A program made the position numbers and the translations under genes. Source: Eledone cirrhosa (lineage: Eukaryota). From it: DNA of 64,000 nucleotides. The notes below the pieces were generated by a model that did no database searches, was not told the origin of the DNA, and was given only the letters and a program-made list of their open reading frames with translations. Each line of letters starts with the position of its first letter. The stretch's first letter is position 1. The stretch spans positions 71,950 through 135,949 of the forward strand of contig CAXHJY010001063.1 in the NCBI GenBank assembly GCA_964016885.1, read 5' to 3'. Shown here piece after piece: positions 27,644 through 42,770 of the stretch.

Positions 27644-30600
27644 GACTCAGTTCTGACGTTGAGGTGCCAGATGTCGATAGTGGCACTTCACACTGGCTCA
27701 GTTCTGACGTTGAGGTGCCAGATGTTGATAGTGGCACTTCACACTGGCTCAGTTCTGACATTGAGGTGCCAGATGTCGATAGTGGCACTTCACACTGACT
27801 CAGTTCTGACGTTGAGGTGCCAGATGTTGATAGTGGCACTTCACACTGGCTCAGTTCTGACATTGAGGTGCCAGATGTTGATAGTGGCACTTCACACTGG
27901 CTCAGTTCTGACGTTAAGGTGCCAGATGTTGATAGTGGGACTTCACACTGGCTCAATTCTGACATTGAGGTGCCAGATGTCGATAGTTGCACTTCACACT
28001 GACTCAGTTCTGACATTGAGGTGCCAGATGTCGATAGTGGCACTTCATACTGGCTCAGTTCTTACATTGAGGTGCCAGATGTTGATAGTGGCACTTCACA
28101 CTGACTCAATTCTGACATTGAGGTGCCAGATGTCGATAGTGGCACTTCACACTGACTCAGTTCTGACGTTGAGGTGCCAGATGTTGATAGTGGCACTTCA
28201 CACTGGCTCAGTTCTGACATTGAGGTGCCAGATGTTGATAGTGGCACTTCACACTGGCTCAGTTCTTACATTGAGGTGCCAGATGTTGATAGTGGCACTT
28301 CACACTGGCTCAGTTCTGACATTGAGGTGCCAGATGTCGATAGTGGCACTTCACACTGGCTCAGTTCTGATATTGAGGTGCCAGATGTCGATAGTGGCAC
28401 TTCACACTGGCTCAGTTCTGACATTGAGGTGACAGATGTTGATAGTGGCACTTCACACTGGCTCAGTTCTGACGTTGAGGTGCCAGATGTTGATAGTGGC
28501 ACTTCACACTGACTCAGTTCTGACAATGAGGTGCCAGATGTCGATAGTGGCACTTCACACTGACTCAGTTGTGACGTTGAGGTGCCAGATATTGATAGTA
28601 GCACTTCACACTGGCTCAGTTCTGACATTGAGGTGCCAGATGTTGATAGTGGCACTTCACACTGGCTCAGTTCTGACATTTAGGTGCCAGATGTCGATAG
28701 TGGCACTTCACACTGACTCAGTTCTGACGTTGAGGTGCCAGATGTTGATAGTGGCACTTCACACTGGCTCAGTTCTGACATTGAGGTGCCAGATGTCGAT
28801 AGTGGCACTTCACACTGACTCAGTTCTGACGTTGAGGTGCCAGATGTTGATAGTGGCAATTCACACTGACTCAGTTCTGACAATGAGGTGCCAGATGTCG
28901 ATAGTGGCACTTCACACTGACTCAGTTCTGACGTTGAGGTGCCAGATGTTGATAGTGGCACTTCACACTGGCTCAGTTCTGACGTTGAGGTGCCAGATGT
29001 TGATAGTGGCACTTCACACTGACTCAGTTCTGACGTTGACGTGCCAGATGTCGATAGTGGCACTTCACACTGACTCAGTTCTGACATTGAGGTGCCAGAT
29101 GTCGATAGTAGCACTTCACACTGGCTCAGTTCTGACATTGAGGTGCCAGATGTTGATAGTGGCACTTCACACTGACTCAGTTCTGACGTTGAGGTGCCAG
29201 ATGTTGATAGTGGCACTTCTCACTGAGTCAGCTCTGACATTGAGGTGCCAGATGTTGATAGTGGCACATCACACTGGCTCAGTTCTGACATTGAGGTGCC
29301 AGATGTTGATAGTGGCACTTCACACTGGCTCAGTTCTGACATTTAGGTGCCAGATGTCGATAGTTGCACTTCACACTGGCTCAGTTCTGACATTGAGGTG
29401 CCAGATGTTGATAGTGGCACTTCACACTGGCTCAGTTCTGACATTGAGGTGCCAGATGTTGATAGTGGCACTTCACACTGACTCAGTTCTGACGTTGAGG
29501 TGCCAGATGTTGATAGTGGCACTTCACACTGACTCAGTTCTGACATTGAGGTGCCAGATGTTGATAGTTGCACTTCACACTGGCTCAGTTCTGATATTGA
29601 GGTGCCAGATGTTGATAGTAGCACTTCACACTGACTCAGTTCTGACAATGAGGTGCCAGATGTCGATAGTGGCACTTCACACTGACTCAGTTCTGACGTT
29701 GAGGTGCCAGATGTTGATAGTGGCACTTCACACTGGCTCAGTTCTGACGTTGAGGTGCCAGATGTTGATAGTGGCACTTCACACTGACTCAGTTCTGACG
29801 TTGAGGTGCCAGATGTCGATAGTGGCACTTCACACTGACTCAGTTCTGACATTGAGGTGCCAGATGTCGATAGTGGCACTTCACACTGGCTCAGTTCTGA
29901 CATTGATGTGCCAGATGTTGATAGTGGCACTTCACACTGACTCAGTTCTGACGTTGAGGTGCCAGATGTTGATAGTGGCACTTCTCACTGACTCAGTTCT
30001 GACATTGAGGTGCCAGATGTTGATAGTGGCACTTCACACTGGCTCAGTTCTGACATTGAGGTGCCAGATGTTGATAGTGGCACTTCACACTGACTCAGTT
30101 CTGACGTTGAGGTGCCAGATGTTGATAGTGGCACTTCACACTGACTCAGTTCTGACATTGAGGTGCCAGATGTTGATAGTGGCACTTCTCACTGACTCAG
30201 TTCTGATATTGAGGTGCCAGATGTCGATAGTTGCACTTCACACTGGCTCAGTTCTGACATTGAGGTGCCAGATGTTGATAGTGGCACTTCACACTGACTC
30301 AGTTCTGACGTTGAGGTGCCAGATGTTGATAGTGGCACTTCACACTGACTCAGTTCTGACATTGAGGTGCCAGATGTTGATAGTGGCACTTCACACTGAC
30401 TCAGTTCTGACGTTGAGGTGCCAGATGTTGATAGTAGCACTTCACACTGGCTCAGTTCTGACATTGAGGTGCCAGATGTCGATAGTGGCATTTCACACTG
30501 GCTCAGTTCTGAGTTTGAGGTGCCAGATGTTGATAGTGGCACTTCACACTGGCTCAGTTCTGACATTGAGGTGCCAGATGTTGATAGTGGCACTTCACAC

Positions 30601-32165
30601 TGACTCAGTTCTGAGTTTGAGGTGCCAGATGTTGATAGTGGCACTTCACACTGGCTCAGTTCTGACGTTGAGGTGCCAGATGTTGATAGTGGCACTCCAC
30701 ACTGGCTCAGTTCTGATGTTGCGGTGCCAGATGTGGATAGTGGGACTTCATACTGGCTCAGTTCTCATTTCGAGGGGCCAGATGTCGATAGTGGCACTTC
30801 ACACTGGCTCAGTTCTGACATTGAGGTGCTAGATGTCGATAGTGGCACTTCACACTGGCTCAGTTCTGACGTTGATGTGCCAGATGTTTATAGTGGCACT
30901 TCACACTGGCTCAGTTCTGACATTGAGGTGCCAGATGTTGATAGTGGCACTTCGCACTGACTCAGTTCTGACATTGAGGTGCCAGATGTTGATAGTGGCA
31001 CTTCACACTGACTCAGTTCTGACATTGAGGTGCCAGATGTTGATAGTAACACTTCACACTGGCTCAGTTCTGACATTGAGGTGCCAGATGTCGATAGTGG
31101 CACTTCACACTGACTCAGTTCTGACATTGAGGTGCCAGATGTTGATAGTAACACTTCACACTGGCTCAGTTCTGACGTTGAGGTGCCAGATGTTGATAGT
31201 AACACTTCACACTGGCTCAGTTCTGACATTGAGGTGCCAGATGTCGATAGTGGCACTTCACACTGGCTCAGTTCTGACGTTGAGGTGCCAGATGTTGATA
31301 GTGGCACTTCACACTGGCTCAGTTCTGACGTTGAGGTGCCAGATGTTGATAGTGGCACTTCACACTGGCTCAGTTCTGACGTTGAGGTGCCAGATGTTGA
31401 TAGTGGCACTTCACACTGGCTCAGTTCTGACATTGAGGTGCCAGATGTTGATAGTGGCACTTCACACTGACTCAGTTCTGACGTTGAGGTGCCAGATGTT
31501 GATAGTGGCACTTCACACTGGCTCAGTTCTGACGTTGAGGTGCCAGATGTTGATAGTGGCACTTCACACTGGCTCAGTTCTGACGTTGAGGTGCCAGATG
31601 TTGATAGTGGCACTTCACACTGGCTCAGTTCTGACATTGAGGTGCCAGATGTCGATAGTGGCACTTCACACTGGCTCAGTTCTGACGTTGAGGTGCCAGA
31701 TGTCGATAGTGGCACTTCACACTGGCTCAGTTCTGACGTTGAGGTGCCAGATGTTGATAGTGGCACTTCACACTGGCTCAGTTCTGACGTTGAGGTGCCA
31801 GATGTTGATAGTGGCACTTCACACTGGCTCAGTTCTGACGTTGAGGTGCCAGATGTCGATAGTGGCACTTCACACTGGCTCAGTTCTGACGTTGAGGTGC
31901 CAGATGTTGAAAGTGGAACCTCACACTGGTTCAGTTCTCATATTGAGGTGCCAGATGTCGATAGTGGCACTTCACACTGGCTCAGTTCTGACGATGAGGT
32001 GCCAGATGTTGAAAGTGGAACCTCACACTGGTTCAGTTCTCATATTGAGGTGCCAGATGTCGATAGTGGCACTTCACACTGGCTCAGTTCTGACGTTGAG
32101 GTGCCAGATGTTGAAAGTGGAACCTCACACTGGTTCAGTTCTCATATTGAGGTGCCAGATGTCGA
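27636..32165. repeat. 51-bp minisatellite, ~89 copies (17-codon unit; minus strand reads STSGTSMSELSQCEVPL)
   Basis: Unit TTCACACTGGCTCAGTTCTGACATTGAGGTGCCAGATGTTGATAGTGGCAC; frame is maintained through the array. Confidence 0.97.
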
Positions 32166-32979
32166 GTTCGATTAAGAATATCAATATAGATTGGAACTGG
32201 TGTAGAGTTCCGAGAAGGATGGCCACTTCTCCATAGAAAATGACCTCTTATCCGATCTTTATCCCGCCATATTTCTCCCTCGTTTGTTTTTGCAAAAATT
32301 GCAGGCAAATGGTGAATGACTCGAAAGTTTAACATCAAGAATTTATTGACTGACATCCAGCCCCTTAAATATTTAGTATGATAACGTAAACTTTAGGGAT
32401 AATAGCCAGTATATTTAATTTTCTGACAAGTTCACATGATGCTACCCGAGTGACACGAACCATGACGGAATGAGGAATCAATCGTTGTCTCGTATGTGGG
32501 AGCTCATGTTCAGGTCACCTCGTGGTCCCAGTAGACAGAATGGAAACTATTTTTGCGTCGGAGGATGGCGAGGGAGACGGGTTGGAATAGTCGCACCAAC
32601 TTTAGTGTATCCTTCCTGCTGGTAGCCAAAACCTTCCTGATAGTAATGTGTCGGGGTGTGGTATTAGAACCTAGAACGTCGGAAGTCTCTACTACTACAA
32701 GTTTGATTATAGAACTATCGAAGAAAGACTTACTTTGATAGTTGATCACTTCGGCCTGACGAGCAGCGAAACATGAGACAATTGCCAGGTTGCCATTCAA
32801 GGAATAGTGATCACGTGAGCAGTGTGAGTTTATACAGTTTTTGTTTTATCTGACCATGTTGGATGTGTTAGTTCTGTTGACTCTCGAGTAAAAGTCATTT
32901 CCTACCTGGTCAGGTAATAAATGCTGCACAACAACCTCTGTAATTATGGTACATAAGAATATACTGAAGACACATTGAG

Positions 32980-33013
<34 letters not shown>

Positions 33014-33053
33014 TGCATACTTATATATATATATACACAATAATAATAATAAT

Positions 33054-33240
33054 GATACTTTCTACTTTTGGCACAAGGGCAGCAATTATCCCAGTGCATT
33101 ACTGGTACTTTATTTTATCGAACCCGTAAGGATGAAAGACAAAGTTAACCTCGGCGGGATTTGAACTCATCATAAAGGGGCGTAACTCTATGCTGCAAAG
33201 CATGGCGTCCGACACTCTACCGACACTGCCAATCCACCGC
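33054..33240 (-). mobile_element. tRNA-derived SINE
   Basis: Minus strand: A-box-like TGGCAGTGTCGG, B-box GAGTTCAAATCC, core CTTTCATCCTTACGGGTTCGATAAAATAAAGTACCAG, (ATT)n tail; (AAT)n on both sides. Confidence 0.85.
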
Positions 33241-33284
33241 AATAATAATAATAATACAAGGATGAATGGTTAAGCCTTCATTAC

Positions 33285-33426
33285 GTTTATTGGTTGGTGA
33301 CGCGCGTTTCCCTATTGATGAGCTCAAGGTTCGATCTGTATCGATCTGGCCCGACTCTGGAATCAAAAGGTCGTCGGACCTCTGTTGTAGTGTTTTGGGT
33401 GAACCCACAGTAACATCGCGTTGCAC
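33285..33426 (-). CDS. Candidate internal exon of an unidentified host gene or pseudogene (47 codons + 1 nt)
   Basis: TATCCAG|GTG acceptor and C|GTAATG donor bracket an open frame VQRDVTVGSPKTLQQRSDDLL...ASPTNK; phase fits a further acceptor at 32938. No recognisable homology. Confidence 0.25.
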
Positions 33427-33430
33427 CTGG

Positions 33431-33496
<66 letters not shown>

Positions 33497-33583
33497 ATGT
33501 ATGTGTGTGTATGTGTGTGTGTGTATGTGAGTGTGTGTGTCTCTCTCTCTCTTATATATGTGTGGGAGAGAGAGAGAAAAAAA

Positions 33584-33651
<68 letters not shown>

Positions 33652-33856
33652 TGTAGGATTGGTCACCGTTTGTTACAGCTCGTTCTTCAACCGTTCGTCT
33701 TCATGACAAAGATGAAGCCCTGGGAGAAGTTTTGTTCATCATTAGGCGTCAGACATTTGAAATGTTGTGAGGTGTTCACAGTTTTGCAACTCACCTGACA
33801 ACTCACCTGAGAATGTGACCGCTGAAACATCCGGCATAACATTATATGAATAATCA

Positions 33857-34004
33857 TATGCTTTGAAGCATAGAGTTACCTCCCTTTATGATCTGAGTTC
33901 AAATCCCGCCGAGGTTAACTTTACCTTTCATCTTTACGAGATCGATAAAATAAAGTACCAGTAATACACTGGTATTTGCTGGCCTTGTGCCAAAAGTAGA
34001 AACA
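33857..34004 (+). mobile_element. 5'-truncated tRNA-derived SINE with 16-bp target-site duplication
   Basis: Same family as 33054-33240 in opposite orientation; TSD ATTATATGAATAATCA at 33841-33856 and 34005-34020. Confidence 0.88.
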
Positions 34005-34654
34005 ATTATATGAATAATCACAATTGTTTAGAACATGGCGGTGAAAATTGAATTAAAGGCTCTCTGTATTTTGACGAGAGTTAACTGTCTAATAACAGGG
34101 CATAAGTGCTCCCATGACGGGAACACGCGTGCTGATATACAATTGTTTTAGTTATGAGGGCTTCTATTAGGCTATTAGGCTATAGTATTAGGCCATTTTC
34201 CATAGTCAAAACATGGTGAACACTTCTAATTATATGGATGTGGTTGGCCAGTTACAGGATAGAGGTAAATGTCAACTAAGTTGATTGACTTTCGGCTCAG
34301 GGACTAACAACGATTCTCTCAAATTCCTGTAAGGCAAAAAACAGTATCTAGCATGATATAGGTGATGGACAATATGGTATATATGAAATTAATCACAGTA
34401 TTTGAGTTGCGATACCAGCTATTTGCTTGGGATAAAAAAATACGGCATCCGTGACATGAGACAAAATACATAAAGAGCGGCATATCGATTTCTGTTAGAG
34501 CTGTATAGAATCACTTATGTCAAAGTAGAATATGAGTTGAGAAAACAGAGTAGAGAGCCCTCGGTTGGACATTGTTTAATTCAGAGAATATTCCCATATA
34601 CGTTATCTATTAGGTGAACAGACATAATTCTGTGGACTTTTGAATGTTTTTACA

Positions 34655-37432
<2,778 letters not shown>

Positions 37433-38572
37433 ATATGAAATATAAGAATCAAAGAACTGTTCAAAACATTATTGTGCTTACAGCTGTTTCCTCCAAACCG
37501 AGGTTTGGATTCTTCGGAGCAATTTATTAATGCATGGACAGTTATATGACCTCCTTTTCAGCCGAGAGACATACCAATACATATTCAAACATTGATACAT
37601 ATTCAAACATTGGGGGTCAACATTCATTACAGAATTTAGAGTGGCAGTACACACTTCGAGATTACATTTATATTAATAGGTACAATCAAAAATCAAAGAT
37701 ATAGGTTAAAGTACAACATGAAGATAAGTGTTTATATAGTGCAAATGTTATATGTGTGGCACGCATGTGCGTCTTGTTTATATAGTGTGGCAGAGAGATA
37801 TGTGTGGTAGAGGCACTTAGGTAGGTAAATAAGAGTGTTAGGTTGGTAGATCTGGTGGCAAAGTCTTTATATGATTGATATAGTCTGTGTGTGGAGAAAT
37901 ATTATAAGCATTAAAGATAGTGCAAGCATTAAAAGTGTTATAAGTATTGGAGATGCACAGCGCAGGGATGTCAAGTAATTCATGTACTTCGGCATTTTCA
38001 TGGTCAAGGGAGTGTATATTTCGATTATATGCCTTTCACATAATCCACGACAATTCAGTTAGAGATCGTAGTCTGGTGTTCTTTAGTTCGATACAGGAGG
38101 TTGTTACGTTTCGAGAGACGCCATTGAATACCGGAAGTGTGTGTGTGGGTAAGGGGAGTTAATGCATGCGGGGAGGTAACTCTGGGGTTTCTATATCTAG
38201 CCATTAAAATGTGTCCCAATATAGACCCTAAATTCTATGGTGAGGTGCACCTTCCAAGAGAGACTTTTAAAGCATAAAGTGTACTAACTATAGAGTAGTT
38301 TAACTAAATTATGCTGAAGGTGATCATATTATTATTAAGGTGGATTAACCCATCTTAAGGTGCTACAAATGGAAATTATAGATGATGAGCGAGGATTCTA
38401 AATTAATGATCTCTGTGGTTGTAGTCTGCTCATATGACCAGGCGCGGTGATTGCAGGATTGCTTCAGGACCCAATGATCTCTGGTAAGATCTGGGTCATC
38501 GCTTGCTACATTGGATGTCGAAAGATAATCGTCCCCAGGCAGGCCAAAGGTCAATCCGCAGTCCTCGCGACC
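37433..38572 (-). repeat. Inverted copy of the element's 3' UTR/pLTR
   Basis: Near-identical reverse complement of 42149-43270; the ORF track shows mirrored ORFs (37947+/42559-, 38363-/42167+). Confidence 0.96.
37475..37521 (-). ncRNA. Hammerhead ribozyme, family A (inverted copy)
   Basis: Reverse complement of 39001-39047. Confidence 0.75.
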
Positions 38573-39254
38573 CAATACTTATAACACTTTTAATGCTTGC
38601 ACTATTTTTAATGCTTATAATATTTCTCCACACACAGACTATATCAATCATATAAAGACTTTGCCACCAGATCTACCAACCTAACACTCTTATTTACCTA
38701 CCTAAGTGCCTCTACCACACATATCTCTCTGCCACACTATATAAACAAGACGCACATGCGTGCCACACATATAACATTTGCACTATATAACCACTTATCT
38801 TCATGTTGTACTTTAACCTATATCTTTGATTTTTGATTGTACCTATTAATATAAATGTAATCTCGAAGTGTGTACTGCCACTCTAAATTCTGTAATGAAT
38901 GTTGACCCACAATGTTTGAATATGTATCAATGTTTGAATATGTATTGGTATGTCTCTCGGCTGAAAAGGAGGTCATATAACTGTCCATGCATTAATAAAT
39001 TGCTCCGAAGAATCCAAACCTCGGTTTGGAGGAAACAGCTGTAAGCACAATAATGTTTTGAACAGTTCTTTGATTCTTATATTTCATATAACTGCTCTGT
39101 AAATCATCTGATGTTTTTACATTGAGCTACTTAACTTACTGGTAATAAGGTAGTAATACATTACTGCCTACCACTATTTAGGGTGTGTGTAAAATACTTA
39201 CAACTGCTTAAGGTTTTGTGTTTACATAACCATAAATAGTATAACTAATACTAT
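38572..39254 (+). repeat. 5' pseudo-LTR (direct repeat)
   Basis: Matches 42771-43435 except for an extra 18-bp tandem unit (TGTTTGAATATGTATCAA) and rare substitutions. Confidence 0.96.
39001..39047 (+). ncRNA. Minimal type I hammerhead ribozyme with variant core CCGAAGA (family A)
   Basis: TGCT-CCGAAGA-ATCCAAAC-CTCG-GTTTGGAG-GAAA-CAGCTG-TA-AGCA; palindromic stem III, GUA triplet. Confidence 0.78.
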
Positions 39255-39296
39255 TAACTGCTCCATATCGTTGAGCTGACATATAATATTGCCAAT

Positions 39297-41756
39297 ATGC
39301 TAATCAAAGACCAACTCCCCATGTCAACCAAGAACATACCAATACCATCCAGGAATACATATGAGAAATTGCTGATCGACAGTGTAAATTCATTTATCAA
39401 TAGAGTGAGATGGAGGACATTCCATTATGATAGAAACAAATCTAACAACTTGAATAATACTAACAATTTTGACTCCTTCGGCTTTAAAACCTTTAAAAGC
39501 CCCCCTCATAACACTCTACTTAACTCCTTTGAAAATGACCTAGTTAAACTAGTTAAGAACATTAAATACAATAAGCACCATATTAGAAGCAACACCTTCT
39601 TAAACAAACTTAACACTTCTATTAGTGGATTCAAAACTAGTAATAAAATTATTGTACACGCAGATAAAACTAATAACATATACAGCCTAGATTATATTAC
39701 TTATAGAAAGTTTATATATAATGAACTACATAAAAGCTACAAAAAAACCACCTTGAAAAACTTAGAAGATATTAATGTAGAGGGTTATAATATAGTGTCT
39801 AAACTAGGACTACAGAGGCATACACAACCTTTCACTCCGAACCCCCCTAGATTCTCTCTGAAGGACCATAAGGAGAACTTCATCAGCAACCCCACGATAA
39901 GACTTATCTGCCCTTCCAAGTCCGACATTGGTATTATCAGCAAGAAGATTTTGGATAAAATCATCCCACAAATTAAACACAAGATACACCTTAAACAATG
40001 GGGAAATACGGGTGAAGTAATTGAATGGTTTAAGGATATCAAGAATAATAAGAACAAAAAATTTATTCAATTTGATATCAATTCATACTACACCTCTATT
40101 TCCCCTATCATATTAAATAAGGCACTTATCATGGCCATGACCAATAGCGACCTGACTAGAGCCCAGGTTGATGTCATCCTTGCGGCCCGTAAAACCATAA
40201 TCACCTTCGAGGACCAACTATGGACACGCAAGGATACGCACAACAACTTCGACATAACCATGGGATCTAGTGACTCGGCGCAGGTCACTGATTTGGTCGG
40301 CCTATACCTCCTCAATGAAATCCATAAAGACCTCCCTTACCTCAACGGTGGTTTGTACCGCGATGATGCACTTCTACTCATAGAATATAAAAAATTTAAT
40401 ATAGAAAGAACTAGAAAACAACTGCATAAGACATTCAAAAACTTTAACCTTAGTATCACCATGGACAAAAACACTAAAAATGTTAACTTCCTAGACGCCA
40501 CACTATACCTAGACTCAAAAATATATACACCCTTCCATAAGCCTAATGAGAAACTTATTTACGTAGATACCAAGTCTAATCACCCTAGATCAATATTAAA
40601 CTCTATCTCTAAGGGGGTGTCCAATAGAATCTCTAGTCTGTCCTATGACGCAAACATATTTAGCAAAAACTCACAATATTACAATCAAGCATTAGCTAGC
40701 TCCGGCCATAATATAGAAATTGAGTTCCTACCTAAGAAAACACATAGCTACAACATCATCTCGCACAACATGTCCATGAGGAAATCTAATAATAGGAATA
40801 GCAACCACAAGTACACCAAAGCCGAGGGTGCCACCGGAAGTAACCATTACCATGGAAACTACTGTGAGGCCTTAGGAGGAAGCAACACACCAAACACTAA
40901 AAGCAAAAATAGAAGAAGAAATAATACATTTTTCAACCCTCCTTTCAACCTAAATGTCTCCACCAACATACCTAGGGCTTTCTTCTCACTACTAGATAAA
41001 AACTTCCCTCTAGGACACAAGTACCACAACCTCTTAAACAAAAACACCATTAAAATTTCATACTCTACGACGCCTAACTTAGCATACCACATAGCTAGCA
41101 GCAATAATAGTAAAATTAGTTCTTACTTCCAACAAACAAAATCACAACGGGATGCAAACCCTCTAAATACCACTGTAGCAAGCAACAATAGCAACGGCAG
41201 TAACAATAGAAATAACACTAGTATAAGTAATAACACCAGGGTTGTCAACCTGAACACCCAAAATCCTATATCCACCACACAGACTTCCGCATTGCATTAT
41301 AACCAGCGGACTAACGCACAGAATAATTGTAACTGTAGAGCTAATAGAACCTGCCCTTTAGATAAAAAATGCCTAACCAAGGATGTCATATACTCATGCA
41401 CAGTCACGACTAATAACTCTTCAGAAACCTATGTAGGCTCCACTTCTAACTGCTTCAAAATTAGATATAACTCGCACATCCACTCGTTCAAAAAGCACAG
41501 CCTAGCCAACTCCACCTCACTTTCTAGCTACATACACTATCTAAAATCTAAAAATAAACCATACACACTCAAATGGGAAGTGATAGGCAGCGCGACCTCG
41601 TACAAACCACCTAATAAATTCTGTAACCTCTGTATACTAGAGACACACAATATTATCTTCTCCAACCGTAACCTACTTAACAAAAAATCTGAGGTGTTTG
41701 CAACTTGCCAGCACCGCCTCAGACATTCCTTCCAAAACTTTAAGCCCTATATATAG
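39297..41756 (+). CDS. Penelope-type reverse transcriptase + GIY-YIG endonuclease, 819 aa, uninterrupted
   Basis: ADKTNN, FDINSYYTSI, MGSSDSAQVTDLVGLYLL, GLYRDD, FLDATL, FNPPF, CNCR..CPL..CL, VIYSC..YVGST..FKIRYNSH, CNLC..E, LNKKSE..C.H. Confidence 0.96.
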   Translation: MLIKDQLPMSTKNIPIPSRNTYEKLLIDSVNSFINRVRWRTFHYDRNKSNNLNNTNNFDSFGFKTFKSPPHNTLLNSFENDLVKLVKNIKYNKHHIRSNTFLNKLNTSISGFKTSNKIIVHADKTNNIYSLDYITYRKFIYNELHKSYKKTTLKNLEDINVEGYNIVSKLGLQRHTQPFTPNPPRFSLKDHKENFISNPTIRLICPSKSDIGIISKKILDKIIPQIKHKIHLKQWGNTGEVIEWFKDIKNNKNKKFIQFDINSYYTSISPIILNKALIMAMTNSDLTRAQVDVILAARKTIITFEDQLWTRKDTHNNFDITMGSSDSAQVTDLVGLYLLNEIHKDLPYLNGGLYRDDALLLIEYKKFNIERTRKQLHKTFKNFNLSITMDKNTKNVNFLDATLYLDSKIYTPFHKPNEKLIYVDTKSNHPRSILNSISKGVSNRISSLSYDANIFSKNSQYYNQALASSGHNIEIEFLPKKTHSYNIISHNMSMRKSNNRNSNHKYTKAEGATGSNHYHGNYCEALGGSNTPNTKSKNRRRNNTFFNPPFNLNVSTNIPRAFFSLLDKNFPLGHKYHNLLNKNTIKISYSTTPNLAYHIASSNNSKISSYFQQTKSQRDANPLNTTVASNNSNGSNNRNNTSISNNTRVVNLNTQNPISTTQTSALHYNQRTNAQNNCNCRANRTCPLDKKCLTKDVIYSCTVTTNNSSETYVGSTSNCFKIRYNSHIHSFKKHSLANSTSLSSYIHYLKSKNKPYTLKWEVIGSATSYKPPNKFCNLCILETHNIIFSNRNLLNKKSEVFATCQHRLRHSFQNFKPYI

Positions 41757-42770
41757 CAATGTCGGACTGGAACCTAACACCACATCTAGCATCAAACACC
41801 AGAGACACACCCTATACTACATACCCAACACTAGCTGATCCATTATAACACAAACAACGACATCCCTCTGGAACCCTTCGCAGGGAAAATACCCATTTAT
41901 ACCTCTACGGCAGGTGTGACAACATCCACCCACCTGGACGGCACTACACCGCTCTAAGGGTAATTTGAGCATGTATTGATCGGTTGGATGGTGTTGGGCA
42001 GAGGAAACACCTTCCTTAGACAGATGTAAAATGATTTAATCGAGTAGCGCTGTTGACCAGTAGGACCAGGCTGCTGAGCGCAGTGAGTGAATGCAATGCA
42101 ACTGCCGTGCGGGTTGTACGTATATGGATGATCTGACGGTCAGAGAGTGGTCGCGAGGACTGCGGATTGACCTTTGGCCTGCCTGGGGACGATTATCTTT
42201 CGACATCCAATGTAGCAAGCGATGACCCAGATCTTACCAGAGATCATTGGGTCCTAAAGCAATCCTGCAATCACCGCGCCTGGTCATATGAGCAGACTAC
42301 AACCACAGAGATCATTAATTTAGAATCCTCGCTCATCATCTATAATTTCCATTTGTAGCACCTTAAGATGGGTTAATCCACCTTAATAATAATATGATCA
42401 CCTTCAGCATAATTTAGTTAAACTACTCTATAGTTAGTACACTTTATGCTTTAAAAGTCTCTCTTGGAAGGTGCACCTCACCATAGAATTTAGGGTCTAT
42501 ATTGGGACACATTTTAATGGCTAGATATAGAAACCCCAGAGTTACCTCCCCGCATGCATTAACTCCCCTTAGCCACACACACACTTCCGGTATTCAATGG
42601 CGTCTCTCGAAACGTAACAACCTCCTGTATCGAACTAAAGAACACCAGACTACGATCTCTAACTGAATTGTCGTGGATTATGTGAAAGGCATATAATCGA
42701 AATATACACTCCCTTGACCATGAAAATGCCGAAGTACATGAATTACTTGACATCCCTGCGCTGTGCATCT

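Noticed and set aside
27629-32236. Plus-strand ORFs MLIVALHTGSVLTLRCQ and PDVDSGTSHWLSSDVEV
   Set aside because: Common variants are non-synonymous or nonsense (TGG/TGA) in these frames; openness follows from the 51-bp unit.
33170-33240. tRNA gene
   Set aside because: A/B boxes belong to a SINE head; no cloverleaf, followed by SINE core and tail.
37947-38575. Small ORFs repeated at 42167 and 42559
   Set aside because: Chance ORFs duplicated by the inverted pLTR copy; no recognisable domain.
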